A DNA stretch of 64,000 bases from Bacillota bacterium. Lineage in GTDB: Bacteria > Bacillota > Clostridia > Tissierellales > Peptoniphilaceae. The first letter of the stretch is position 1. Every line of letters starts with the position of its first letter. The stretch lies in assembly GCA_030532225.1 (NCBI GenBank), contig JAUNLQ010000003.1, forward strand, positions 77,715 to 141,714. The letters run 5' to 3'. The position numbers and the translations under genes were made by a program. This document shows positions 8,511-18,536 of the stretch, piece by piece. The notes under the pieces were generated by a model, which saw nothing but the letters and a program-made list of their open reading frames with translations, did not search any database and had not been told where the DNA came from.

Positions 8511-10494
8511 TTTCTTTTTCCTCTCTTTCTAAATCTTCATAGTATTGATCAATTGCTGAAATTAGCATTTGATAAGCTTGTTCTAAATTTACACCCTTTA
8601 GTTGGGTAGCTGCAGATGTTAAGTGGCCTCCTCCTCCTAGTTTCTCTAGAATAAGTTGGACTGATATGTCTCCTGAAGACCTACCAGAAATGTGTACCAT
8701 ATCATCCTTTACTGTTAAAACGAAAGATGCACTTACATCTACTATATTAAGTAGGGAATCCGCTGCCTTAGCTGCGATTAAAATGTTAGAATCCACATCT
8801 TGGTCTAAGATTGCAATGGCAATTTCTCCCCTAATTATATCTGCATCGTGGATAACTCTGGCCCTTAGCCTTACAGTATCCATATCTTCATTAAAGAGTT
8901 TGTTAACCCTAGTTGGATCAGCTCCATGACGGCGCAAGACTGACGCTGCCTCAAAGGTTCTAACTCCAGTTTGGAAGGTAAAGTTTTTAGTATCAACTAC
9001 AATACCTGCCATCATAGCCTCTGCCTCAAATTGGTCTATGGCTAGATTCTTTTCCATATATTCTAAAATCTCAGTAACTAGCTCTGCAGTTGAAGAAGCA
9101 TAAGGTTCTATATAAGACAAGACGAAGTTTTCTATAGCATCATTGCCTTTTCTGTGGTGGTCTATAATTACAACCTTGTCTATAATCTCAAATAATCTTG
9201 GTTCCTCAGTAAGCATGATCTTGTGATTGTCCAAACAAATTAATAAAGATGAAGTCTTCTTAGCATTTTCAAAGGCCTGGCTAGACTTAATTACATTTTC
9301 ATATAGGTCTGGACTTTGGGCTTGTAGCTGTTCCATAATAATTTTTATAGATGGATTTACTTCATTTAAGACAATATAGCCAGGTTTTCCCAGCCTTTTA
9401 ACTGACCCTAGCATACCAATAGCAGAACCAATAGAGTCCATATCGGCATTTTTATGGCCCATAATATAAACTTCAGAAGACTCTTCAATTAGGTTTCTTA
9501 GAGAATTTCCAATAACCCTTGCCCTAACTCTGTTTCTCTTTTCCTTGGCCTGGGTTCTGCCACCAAAAAATTCGTGGCCTTCCTTGGTCCTAAGAACAAC
9601 CTGGTCGCCACCACGACCTAGGGCCAAGTCTACAGCAATTCTAGACTCTTCATAAGACTCTGGAATAGACTCAAGAGCCTGAGAAACACCAACAGACAAG
9701 GTAATAGTAGACTCATTTTGTAGGCCAATGTCTCTAATTTTATCTAAAATAGAAAACTTGTCCTTAACCATATTTTCCAAAGAAAGATTATTAAAAACAA
9801 CTAAGTACTTGTCATCTTCATATTTCCTAACAATACCTTGGTTGCCAGTAAAATAAGCCATAATCTCTTTTTCAATATCAGCAACAATAACAGACTTAAT
9901 ATAGCTTTTCTTTTCCAGGCCAATTTCGTCATAGTTATCTATATAAACATGGGCAAAGCCTACTTTTCTATTATTAAAATCAGTTTTTAGTTTTTCAAAA
10001 TCAGTATTATCTACCAGATAAAAAACATAGAGAATCTTGCCATCTTGTTTTTTTACCTTATTACTGTAGATTAGATAGTTTTTGTCCTTTAAATAAATTT
10101 GTTCCTGCTTGCCTTCAAGGACCTGGTCAAAAGAAAATCCCTCAATAGCCTGGTCAACTTCCAAGCCTACAGCCTGTTGTTGGTCAATAAGCTTTAAAAG
10201 ACTAGGGTTGTACCAATCTACCAAACCCTTTTCATCAGTAAGAACAAGGGGAAAGGGCATATTGAAAATAGAATCTTGGGCTGCAGAATCTAAGTTTTCG
10301 CACAACCTCATAACAGTATCATTTTCCTTGGATTCTAACTCTTCATAGCGGTAGAGGATCTCAAAAACAATGATCACTGCCAGAACAAGGCCAACAAGAC
10401 CTGCCACATCATTAAGAGCAAATAAAGCAATTACTATAATGACTAGCAATAAGATGGTTAACTTATACTTACTTAACTTTTTTAACCTATCCAA
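8482..10494 (-). CDS. gdpP: c-di-AMP phosphodiesterase (PAS, degenerate GGDEF, DHH/DHHA1)
   Basis: Two N-terminal TM segments, ALGRGGDQ, MGHKNADMDSIG, IIDHH, GGGGH; upstream of rplI. Confidence 0.93.
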   Translation of the reverse strand: MDRLKKLSKYKLTILLLVIIVIALFALNDVAGLVGLVLAVIIVFEILYRYEELESKENDTVMRLCENLDSAAQDSIFNMPFPLVLTDEKGLVDWYNPSLLKLIDQQQAVGLEVDQAIEGFSFDQVLEGKQEQIYLKDKNYLIYSNKVKKQDGKILYVFYLVDNTDFEKLKTDFNNRKVGFAHVYIDNYDEIGLEKKSYIKSVIVADIEKEIMAYFTGNQGIVRKYEDDKYLVVFNNLSLENMVKDKFSILDKIRDIGLQNESTITLSVGVSQALESIPESYEESRIAVDLALGRGGDQVVLRTKEGHEFFGGRTQAKEKRNRVRARVIGNSLRNLIEESSEVYIMGHKNADMDSIGSAIGMLGSVKRLGKPGYIVLNEVNPSIKIIMEQLQAQSPDLYENVIKSSQAFENAKKTSSLLICLDNHKIMLTEEPRLFEIIDKVVIIDHHRKGNDAIENFVLSYIEPYASSTAELVTEILEYMEKNLAIDQFEAEAMMAGIVVDTKNFTFQTGVRTFEAASVLRRHGADPTRVNKLFNEDMDTVRLRARVIHDADIIRGEIAIAILDQDVDSNILIAAKAADSLLNIVDVSASFVLTVKDDMVHISGRSSGDISVQLILEKLGGGGHLTSAATQLKGVNLEQAYQMLISAIDQYYEDLEREEKENEDNTTEGL

Positions 10495-10495
10495 G

Positions 10496-11434
10496 TTATT
10501 CCCCCCTTACTATTTTTATTTTTCTAAATTGAACTAGGGTGTCAATTAGGCCAACAATAGCAACAACAGCTGCCACAGGTGCCACAACAACTGCCAGTAA
10601 TAAGAAAAGCATTCTTAAAAACCTGGCTAGCTTAATTCTTACTAAAAGATTGGTCAAAACAGCCATACCATTTACAAAAAACAAAAACCCAAAAACTAAC
10701 AAAACATTAAAGTATATAGGCATATACAAGTCGCTTTGCAAATTTTTTAGCATAAGAGGAATGAAAATTCCCACTGCAAAGGCTACAATAAGTCCCCTAG
10801 GCATTTGTAAATAACCGAAAAACGGTGGCTGAGGAATTAAGACTCCCTTTGACAAAAGCTTTCTTCCTACAGAAGTATAATTAATATAAACAATTATCCC
10901 TAGTATTATAACATAAAGACTAGGCATAACCATAAGAGAGATATCATAAATCCTCTTAATAGACTGTTGAAGCTGAGAAACTTCTAAGGCTGTAAGACCT
11001 TCTTTCATCATGTCCACTTGGGCAGACATTAAACTGTCCATAGTAGCTGATAGGTCTAAAGGTTGAACCCTTAAAAGTCCTAGTTGGAAGGCTGTCATAG
11101 AAAGAACCAAGACCAAAAGCACTGTAAAATATATAAAAATATAAGATTTTCCATTTATAACTCCATAATGGAAGATTAGAACCATAGGTGCAAAAATGAA
11201 AAATAAGGCAAGGCCTGACATAAGTGACGAAAACATAGACAAGACTAAGCTAGTCACAAACATCACTAAAATAGACTCTTTCAGGCCAGATTTTATAGAG
11301 GCCTCCATAAAAAGACCTGGATATATAAACATTATAAGCACTGGAGCAAAGGAAAAACCTAAAAATCCAATAAATAAAGCCCAAGCAAGTAATCTTAAAA
11401 GCTGGCTATATTTTTCTTTATCTTTTATTTCCAA
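10496..11434 (-). CDS. YybS/DUF2232 membrane protein
   Basis: Multi-TM protein, GLID..FRK C-terminus, conserved position upstream of gdpP. Confidence 0.82.
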   Translation of the reverse strand: MEIKDKEKYSQLLRLLAWALFIGFLGFSFAPVLIMFIYPGLFMEASIKSGLKESILVMFVTSLVLSMFSSLMSGLALFFIFAPMVLIFHYGVINGKSYIFIYFTVLLVLVLSMTAFQLGLLRVQPLDLSATMDSLMSAQVDMMKEGLTALEVSQLQQSIKRIYDISLMVMPSLYVIILGIIVYINYTSVGRKLLSKGVLIPQPPFFGYLQMPRGLIVAFAVGIFIPLMLKNLQSDLYMPIYFNVLLVFGFLFFVNGMAVLTNLLVRIKLARFLRMLFLLLAVVVAPVAAVVAIVGLIDTLVQFRKIKIVRGE

Positions 11435-11560
11435 AATTTAACCTCCATGATATTATATCTTACCATAAAACCATATTATAATCATCACCTATATAGATAG
11501 AAAATATTCTTCCCTGGCTTAAATAAAGTAAAAAACCTTGGCTTATATTAAATAGATAAT

Positions 11561-11585
11561 GTTTATTTATCCAAGCAAGGGGTAA
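11561..11585 (+). promoter_or_regulatory. SigB-type promoter of ferritin
   Basis: GTTTAT-N13-GGGTAA. Confidence 0.65.
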
Positions 11586-11635
11586 AATATTAATGCGCGA
11601 AAACACGAGATTTTATTTTTGGAGGTATATATATA

Positions 11636-12133
11636 ATGGAATTAAAAATGAGTGAAAAACTAGAAAAAGCATTTAACGATCAAATTAGATTAGAATTAGA
11701 ATCTTCTTATATTTATACAGGTATGAGAATGTATTTCCAATCTTTAGGTTTGCCAGGGGCTACTAAATGGATGACTATCCAAGCTGAAGAAGAAAGAGAA
11801 CACGCTGATTTATTTATTAATTTCTTACTTGATATGGATGCTGGCCTTGAACTTGGCACTTTAAATGCCCAAACTACCCAATATGATTCAATGTTAGATG
11901 TTTTTGAAAAGGGTCTTGCCCACGAAAAGGTAATTTCTGCTTCTATTCTAAAACTTTTAGAAATGGCTATTGAAGAAAAGAACTATGGTGCAGAAAACTT
12001 CTTAAGAACTTTTGTTGATGAACAAATTGAAGAAGAAGACCACTTCAGAGGCTATGTAGATTTAATTAAAATGGCTGGAGATGATGTTGCAGCCCTATTC
12101 AAAGTTGACTCTATTTTAGGTAAAAGAGAATAA
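11636..12133 (+). CDS. ftnA: Non-heme ferritin
   Basis: ELESSYIY, QAEEEREHA, LAHE, FVDEQIEEE ferroxidase motifs. Confidence 0.93.
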   Translation: MELKMSEKLEKAFNDQIRLELESSYIYTGMRMYFQSLGLPGATKWMTIQAEEEREHADLFINFLLDMDAGLELGTLNAQTTQYDSMLDVFEKGLAHEKVISASILKLLEMAIEEKNYGAENFLRTFVDEQIEEEDHFRGYVDLIKMAGDDVAALFKVDSILGKRE

Positions 12134-12143
12134 TTTTTTTAAC

Positions 12144-12177
12144 AAGGAACGTCTACTTTTAGGCGTTCTTTTTTTTG
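12144..12177 (+). terminator. Intrinsic terminator after ferritin
   Basis: GAACGTCTA..TAGGCGTTC stem followed by a T-run. Confidence 0.8.
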
Positions 12178-12257
12178 AAAAATTTTTTTGCCCTTGAAAT
12201 TTTTCTAACTTATATATATTCTTATAGTTAAGATAAAATTTTTTATTAATTTTTGAG

Positions 12258-13178
12258 GTGAATATGGAAAAGAAAGGAAACAATCATTCTTTCTTTGTTA
12301 ATGTTCTATTAAGACTTATAAGTAAAATCAATGACCATAGTTTTTTTGATAGGGCAGCTGCTGTAACTTATTATATTTTACTGTCTATTGGCCCTTTTAT
12401 GATGTTGATGTTTTCTATTATTAGCTATTTTTTATCTGATAATGTTGACCTTATTATAGATTTTATTAATGGCTTCTACCAGGGAGCAGACTTAGTAGTA
12501 AATCCAATCCTAGTTTATCTTTCTGATTCTAGGTCCTTGGTCCTTACTATTATTAGTGTTTTGGCTGCCTTGTTTTCTTCATCAAAGGCGGCTAAAAGAA
12601 CTATTAAGTCCTTGGAAGATATTTTTCAAATTGAAAGAAAATCTGGCATTAAAAGACTAGTGTCTTCTTATGTCTATGCTATTTTGTTTACTTTGGCCTT
12701 GGCCTTGGCTATAATTATTTTTTTCGTCTTCTTTGTTACTGGAGACCCTATTGCCAATATTGTAAACTATCTTTTTTCTTTCGATTTAAATAGGTTTTTC
12801 TTGTGGAGATTTATGAAAAATATTTTCCCTGTTTTATTTTTAGTTGTTTTTGTTACTGCTATTTTTAAAACTTTTTCAGAAATTGGCAACAAGGGCAATG
12901 AGGAAGATAAGATTAACTTATTCGAGGCTTTTTTAGGGGCTGCTTTTGTATCTTTAGGTTGGATAGTAGGCTCTATTGCTTTTAGCTTCTATATTAACTT
13001 TTCTTCTTCTAATGCTGTTTATGGGGCTTTAGGTTCTATTATGGTTATGATGTTGTGGTTTTATTTTCTAATTTTTATGCTCTTTTTAGGAGCTGGCTTA
13101 ATAGTAGCTTATACAGAGGAAAAAGAAATTAAAGGTAAACCTGCTATTGAAAAGATTTTTGTGAAAAATAAAAACTAG
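12258..13178 (+). CDS. YihY/BrkB family membrane protein
   Basis: AAAVTYYILLSIGP, YGALGSIMVMMLWFY..LGA. Confidence 0.9.
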   Translation: MNMEKKGNNHSFFVNVLLRLISKINDHSFFDRAAAVTYYILLSIGPFMMLMFSIISYFLSDNVDLIIDFINGFYQGADLVVNPILVYLSDSRSLVLTIISVLAALFSSSKAAKRTIKSLEDIFQIERKSGIKRLVSSYVYAILFTLALALAIIIFFVFFVTGDPIANIVNYLFSFDLNRFFLWRFMKNIFPVLFLVVFVTAIFKTFSEIGNKGNEEDKINLFEAFLGAAFVSLGWIVGSIAFSFYINFSSSNAVYGALGSIMVMMLWFYFLIFMLFLGAGLIVAYTEEKEIKGKPAIEKIFVKNKN

Positions 13179-13213
13179 GTTAATCAAATTTTTGATACCT
13201 AGTTTTTTGTTTT

Positions 13214-14620
13214 TTATGAGATTTTTGGGGCTATAAAATAAAATCTTGAGCCCTGACCTTCTTGGGATTCTACTCCATATTTAAAGCCATGTTTTTTTAA
13301 GATGACTCTTACTATGTGCAGGCCTAGTCCTGTTCCTACTACATTTCTTATATGGTTGTGGTGGTCTGTGTAGTATCTTTCCCAAATTTTTTCTTGGTCT
13401 TTTTTGCTTATGCCTCTTCCATGGTCTATTACTGAATAGGATACTGATTCTTGGTCTTCTTCTATTTTAAAGATAATCTGCTTGTCTGGACCTACAAAGC
13501 TTACTGCATTTGAGGCAAAGTTGTATAGGACTTGGTAGATCATCGACCTGTCTGCCTTGATCCAGCCGTCTGAGTTTCCTTCTATTATAAAGTTATAGCC
13601 TTGTTTTTGGCGAAGTATGTCTAGTCTAGAAATAATGTCTTCTGTCATTTCCTTTAAGGAAAGTTCTTCTGGGTTAAGTTCGTGCATTTGCATTTCTAGT
13701 TTTGATACATTTAGGATTGAGTTTACCATTTCTGTTAGTCTGTCTGTTTCAGAAATTATTGTGTCTAGATTTTGGTTTCTTAGTTCTTCGTTGTCTCCTG
13801 TTATGTCCTTAATCATTTCTGAGTAGGATTTTATTACTGTTAAGGGAGTCTTTAGGTCGTGGGAAACATTGGCTACTATAGACACTCTCATTTCTTCCAT
13901 TTTGGATAATTCTTGGGTCAAAAAGTTTAAGGTGTCTGCTAGCTGGTCTGTTTCGTAGACTCCTGATTTTTTAAATTTAATGTCTGATTTTCCTAGGGCC
14001 AGGTCCTTGGTAGTCTTGTTTAGGTCTAAGACTGGTGCTGATAGTTTTTTTGATATGAAGTAGGACACTATCATTCCTATGGCCAAGACTATGCCAATAA
14101 TGTAAGGAAACTGCCTTCTCATTATTTGGACTGTAGAGTCTATTGGTTCCACTAGGGAGACTATCATTAAGTAAAGGTCCCTGTCTTCTACTTGGCCTAG
14201 GTAGGAGGCGTATATAAAGGTTTGGTACCTGTCGTCTAGAACCTTTATTGGATATACATAGTGGGAGCCTTCCACCTTTGGTACTGAGGCCAAAACTGCG
14301 TTTATTAGGTCTCTGTTATAGGAGGTAAAGTAGAATATTCCCATCCAATCATTGGGAAAAATAATATTTCCCATGCCGTCTACTATTTGGATCCTATCTG
14401 TAGAATCAGATGACATTTTTCTAATGGTCTCTTCAATAGACTTGCCTTCTATATAGTCGTTGGTAATTTGCCTGCCTCTTTCTTCCAGGTCGGCAATTTT
14501 CATGTTCTTATAAAAGGCTGTTAAAAATACATTTTGAAATAGCCAAATTATTAAGAGTATGATTACAATATAAAAGGCGAAGTATTTCCAAATACGATTT
14601 AGAATACTTCCCTTTACCAT
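13214..14620 (-). CDS. Sensor histidine kinase
   Basis: Two TM segments, HAMP, ANVSHDLKTPLT, DHGRGI, GTGLGL; start uncertain (ORF extends to 14677). Confidence 0.93.
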   Translation of the reverse strand: MVKGSILNRIWKYFAFYIVIILLIIWLFQNVFLTAFYKNMKIADLEERGRQITNDYIEGKSIEETIRKMSSDSTDRIQIVDGMGNIIFPNDWMGIFYFTSYNRDLINAVLASVPKVEGSHYVYPIKVLDDRYQTFIYASYLGQVEDRDLYLMIVSLVEPIDSTVQIMRRQFPYIIGIVLAIGMIVSYFISKKLSAPVLDLNKTTKDLALGKSDIKFKKSGVYETDQLADTLNFLTQELSKMEEMRVSIVANVSHDLKTPLTVIKSYSEMIKDITGDNEELRNQNLDTIISETDRLTEMVNSILNVSKLEMQMHELNPEELSLKEMTEDIISRLDILRQKQGYNFIIEGNSDGWIKADRSMIYQVLYNFASNAVSFVGPDKQIIFKIEEDQESVSYSVIDHGRGISKKDQEKIWERYYTDHHNHIRNVVGTGLGLHIVRVILKKHGFKYGVESQEGQGSRFYFIAPKIS

Positions 14621-14636
14621 TTCTGATTTAATTTTT

Positions 14637-15332
14637 TTATCTTTCTTCTGGATTTTCGGAATCAAATTTATAGCCAACTCCTCTTACTGTGATTATAAAT
14701 TTTCTATATTGGCCTATGGTGTTCCTTAGCATTTTTATGTGAGTGTCAACTGTTCTATCGTCACCGAAAAAGTCATAGCCCCATACTGAACTTAAAAGTT
14801 GGTCACGAGAAAGGGCCTTGCCTTCGTTTTGGATAAAATAAGATAATAGCTCAAATTCCTTTGGTGTTGCAGATACTTGCTTGCCATCTACATAGATTAC
14901 ATGGCCATCTAGGTCTATTTCTAGGCCTTCTTTTTTCCAAGTCTTGTTCATTCTTCTTTCCTTGGAATTTCTCTTAATAGCCACTTTTACTCTGGCCATT
15001 AGCTCTTTTGGAGAGAATGGCTTTACTACATAATCATCTATTCCAATTTCAAAACCGAATAACTTGTCATATTCTTCTCCACGAGAGGACAACATTATTA
15101 CTGGTATGTCTTTAAATTTGGCAATTTCTTGGTGAGCTGAGTAACCGTCTAAGTTAGGCATCATTATATCCATGATAATACAGTCATAGTCATTTTCCTT
15201 GGCAAGTTCAATTGCCTTTAGGCCATCTTCTGCAGTATCAACCTCGTATCCTTCGTATTTTGCATAGGTTTTTATGACATCTCTAATTCTTTCTTCGTCA
15301 TCTACTACTAAAATTTTACTCATTTTATTCAC
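14637..15332 (-). CDS. OmpR-family response regulator
   Basis: ILVVDDE, DIMMP, DDYVVKPF, RTVDTHIKMLR, TVRGVGY. Confidence 0.95.
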   Translation of the reverse strand: MNKMSKILVVDDEERIRDVIKTYAKYEGYEVDTAEDGLKAIELAKENDYDCIIMDIMMPNLDGYSAHQEIAKFKDIPVIMLSSRGEEYDKLFGFEIGIDDYVVKPFSPKELMARVKVAIKRNSKERRMNKTWKKEGLEIDLDGHVIYVDGKQVSATPKEFELLSYFIQNEGKALSRDQLLSSVWGYDFFGDDRTVDTHIKMLRNTIGQYRKFIITVRGVGYKFDSENPEER

Positions 15333-15378
15333 CTCTTTATTAAATTTTATTATATTTTTGTGAAATCCAAATGGACAA

Positions 15379-16248
15379 TCAATGAATAAATATAAAGACC
15401 AAGATTCCTACTATAATCCTGTATATACCAAAGACTACAAAGTCGTGAGACTTAATATACTTCATAAAAGTTTTAATAACTACAGCTGCAACTAAGTAGG
15501 ACAAAATGGCCCCTAGAAAAATTAATAGCCACTGGCTTTGAGAAAAAGAAGTTCCCAGCTTTATAATCTTTAAAGTTGTGGCTCCTAGCATAGTTGGAAT
15601 AGCCAAGAAGAAGGAAAACTCTGCTGCCACTGTTCTAGAAGTTCCTGCTGTAAGACCTCCTATAATAGTAGCTGCTGAACGAGATGTTCCTGGTATCATA
15701 GCCAAACATTGGAAAAAGCCGATTTTAAGTGCCTGGCTAGGACTTAAGTCCCCTAAGTTTTTTGCTAAGACTTTTCTGTTCTTTCTTTTCTCTATTATAA
15801 TTATTACTATACCCCAAAAGATTAAGGCTCCTGCAACAACTTTTGGGCTAAATAGGTATTTGTCAATTATGTCATCAAAAATAAGGCCTAAAACCATAGC
15901 TGGCAAAAATCCAATAACTACCTTGATCCAAAGTCTCATTGTTGGTTTGTGAAAGTTTTTTAGCCTAAAGGAGATTTTTTCTTTGCTAGTCATTCTTTCA
16001 TAGCCAGCCATATCTTTATTAAAGGAAATTTTCCCTAAATCCCAGGGATTTAATTTATAAAAATATTGACTTATTACTGCAAAAATAGCTCCTAACTGGA
16101 TTATTACATTAAAAGCATTGGAAAAAGCCTCTGGTTCTAGCTTTACAAATTCATTTACTAATATTAAATGTCCTGTAGAAGAAACTGGCAAAAACTCAGT
16201 TATCCCTTCTACAAAAGACAGTATTACAACTTTTAAAAATTCACTCAT
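15379..16248 (-). CDS. uppP: Undecaprenyl-diphosphate phosphatase
   Basis: VEGITEFLPVSSTGHL, PGTSRSAATI, AAEFSFFLAIP. Confidence 0.95.
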   Translation of the reverse strand: MSEFLKVVILSFVEGITEFLPVSSTGHLILVNEFVKLEPEAFSNAFNVIIQLGAIFAVISQYFYKLNPWDLGKISFNKDMAGYERMTSKEKISFRLKNFHKPTMRLWIKVVIGFLPAMVLGLIFDDIIDKYLFSPKVVAGALIFWGIVIIIIEKRKNRKVLAKNLGDLSPSQALKIGFFQCLAMIPGTSRSAATIIGGLTAGTSRTVAAEFSFFLAIPTMLGATTLKIIKLGTSFSQSQWLLIFLGAILSYLVAAVVIKTFMKYIKSHDFVVFGIYRIIVGILVFIFIH

Positions 16249-17111
16249 TATCCTAAATCCCTAAATCCATTTCCCTTAACTTCACTTGAGTCAGTTATAG
16301 TTAAAAAGGCATCTTGGTCTATTTCTGCCATAATTTCTCTTATTCTAGCAATTTGTCTTGAAGTAACTACTGTAAAAACCATTTTTATAGGCTCTTGGCT
16401 AAAGGCACCTTCTGCATGAATCAAGGTTACCCCTCTGTTTAGTCTTTGGTAAATAGCCTCTGTTATTTCTTGGTGCTTTCTAGTTACTATCATAACATTT
16501 TTTCTTTCACCAATACCTAGCATAATTTGGTCGGCTATAGAAAAGAGTATATATTGAGAAACTATGGTATATAGAGAAATTTCTACTCCATAAATAAAGG
16601 CTGATGCACTTAAAATAAAGGCGTCTACAATTTTGTTTAAGGTTGTTACTGACATATTAAAGGACTGTTTGGTTATGGCTCCAATAACGTCAGTTCCCAA
16701 GGTAGAAGACCCTACCCTATAAATCATCCCAGCTCCAAGTCCACGAACAACTCCAGAAAATATTGTGTTTAGCATTAGATCATCAATTGCCAAAACGTGA
16801 ATATAAGGGGCTGTCAAAGCTTGGACTATAGAAAATACTATTACTGACAAAAATGAATACAAGGTAAATTTTAAATTAAACCTTCTTAGGGCCAGGATAA
16901 CCATAGGCACATTTAAAACAAAATAGGCAAGGCCTGCCTGAATACCTAAAGAGTACTCTGCCATTAGAGCAAGTCCACTAAATCCTCCTGCAATTAAGCC
17001 TGAAGGCATAGAAAAAAAGTTTTGGCCCAAGGCTAATAAAGCAGAGCCAATAATTACTGGAAGCAATAGGTTTTTAATATCTTCCATTCTAAAAAGTTCC
17101 TTACTTCTCAT
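16248..17111 (-). CDS. YitT family membrane protein
   Basis: GGFSGLA, GSSTLGTD, LNRGVT...EIDQDAF..EVKGNGF. Confidence 0.9.
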   Translation of the reverse strand: MRSKELFRMEDIKNLLLPVIIGSALLALGQNFFSMPSGLIAGGFSGLALMAEYSLGIQAGLAYFVLNVPMVILALRRFNLKFTLYSFLSVIVFSIVQALTAPYIHVLAIDDLMLNTIFSGVVRGLGAGMIYRVGSSTLGTDVIGAITKQSFNMSVTTLNKIVDAFILSASAFIYGVEISLYTIVSQYILFSIADQIMLGIGERKNVMIVTRKHQEITEAIYQRLNRGVTLIHAEGAFSQEPIKMVFTVVTSRQIARIREIMAEIDQDAFLTITDSSEVKGNGFRDLG

Positions 17112-17120
17112 TTTCCACTC

Positions 17121-17381
17121 CTAATCTAAAATTTTTAAAAAGCCCTCAAAAAACACTTGAGGATAAGAAAACATCTTCTCCTGACCATTAAAATCTACAT
17201 AAATAATACCATCTTGGACTTTGGTCATTTGTCCCTTACCAAATTTTTGGTGGTAAAGGATCTTTTCAGGACAAAGATTTTGTAAAAGTTTTTCTCTTTG
17301 ATCTTTAGAAAAAACTAGCTTTTCTTTTTGATTTTTCTTACTTAAATCTTTAAATACTAAAAGAGAATTTTTCAACAGCAA
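17121..17381 (-). CDS. Small hypothetical protein with PcrA/UvrD C-terminal Tudor-like motif
   Basis: HQKFGKGQMTKVQDGIIYVDFNGQEKMF; AGGTG RBS upstream of the start. Confidence 0.6.
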   Translation of the reverse strand: MLLKNSLLVFKDLSKKNQKEKLVFSKDQREKLLQNLCPEKILYHQKFGKGQMTKVQDGIIYVDFNGQEKMFSYPQVFFEGFLKILD

Positions 17382-17479
17382 TCACCTATAAATCTTTTCT
17401 TAGGTAAAATAATGAACTTATATATTCTAACACAAAAGACCAAAAATTTTTCTTAAATCTAAGTAATTTTTTTTTAAAA

Positions 17480-17832
17480 TTTTTCACAAGTTTAAGTCTA
17501 CTTATCCACAGTTGTCAACAGTTTTCCCCATGTTTTCTTGGTTTTTATTTTAGAAAAATTTTCCTAGACTTTTTTTCTTAAATTTTTTGAAAAATATAAA
17601 TTTTCTTCTTGGGTTTTTAAAGGCTAGAAAGCTGATGTTTACTGGTTTTTGTCGAGTTTGCATCTTCTGTTTCATCTTATGGTTTTTTCTTTTTCACAAA
17701 AGCTTGCCTTAGCCTTGATTCCTTGGGCCTTGGACAAGTATTCCCAAGGGCCTGTGGATAAGTCCAAAGTTTTGGGGATAAGTTTTTTTGTCCCTATTTT
17801 ATCAGCTTTGAGCCTAGATAGCTTGTTGAAAA
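17480..17832. promoter_or_regulatory. DnaA-box cluster outside oriC
   Basis: TTTTTCACA 17480, TTATCCACA 17502, TTGTCAACA 17512, TTTTCCCCA 17522, TTTTTCACA 17690, TGTGGATAA 17753, TGGGGATAA 17773, TGTTGAAAA 17824. Confidence 0.8.
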
Positions 17833-17876
17833 GTCTAGGTCTTTTATTTCATGATTTTTTAAAATTTTTCTTTTTT

Positions 17877-18527
17877 CTATTGGTCTTTTTCTGATCCTTT
17901 TTCTTTTTTTGGATAGAGTTTGTTTTTATAGTATTTGTCTGCTTGATAAAGGGCTGCTATTGGGTTGTGGCCAAGGACCCTATCTTTTACCCCTATTACT
18001 GTTACAGGTGCCTGTGAGTGTTTCAAAAACAAGGAGTCATGGCCTACACAAAGGCCTAAAAGCACATTATAGTCTGTTTTTGCTTCATTTAAAAACTCTG
18101 CCTGGCCTATTGGGTTGCACATTACCTCCCTAGTAAGGGGTCTTAGGTAGTCTTCTTTTTCTAGGCCTACATAGGATTTTTCTATGGACCCGTTCTTGCA
18201 CATTACAGAACTAACTTGGAAGCCATTTTTTGTAAAAATATCGTAGAGAATCCTGCCTTCTTCCATAAGACCACTACAAAAGGCTAGGCCAATTTTTTTC
18301 ACTTGCATTTTTTCGAAGAAAAGCATAGTTTCTTCTACCCTAGTTAGCCTGCAATAGCCTTCTTTTTCTGTCTTTGCTGCATTATAGGATATTTTCCTAT
18401 CTAGGGGGTCTTGGTATTTTTCTTTTATTTCTTCTAACTTTTCTTCTTCTAAAGTTGGACAGTTATTTGGATAGTCTTCACTGTCTGTCCTACAAGATTT
18501 TTTGCTACAAAGGGCACAGTAATACAT
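17877..18527 (-). CDS. DUF1847 Cys-rich metal-binding protein
   Basis: TRVEE, GLAFC.GL, MCNPIGQA, GLCVGHDSLF, KDRVLGHNP. Confidence 0.88.
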   Translation of the reverse strand: MYYCALCSKKSCRTDSEDYPNNCPTLEEEKLEEIKEKYQDPLDRKISYNAAKTEKEGYCRLTRVEETMLFFEKMQVKKIGLAFCSGLMEEGRILYDIFTKNGFQVSSVMCKNGSIEKSYVGLEKEDYLRPLTREVMCNPIGQAEFLNEAKTDYNVLLGLCVGHDSLFLKHSQAPVTVIGVKDRVLGHNPIAALYQADKYYKNKLYPKKEKGSEKDQ

Positions 18528-18536
18528 ACTTTCCTC

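Noticed and set aside
17480-17832. A second replication origin
   Set aside because: No DnaA-trio unwinding element is seen; the complete element is at 57030-57080.
17649-17894. 81-aa + strand ORF (and similarly 55205-55390 and 38238-38492)
   Set aside because: These overlap DnaA-box or AT-rich intergenic DNA, lack a convincing RBS and show no recognisable protein features.
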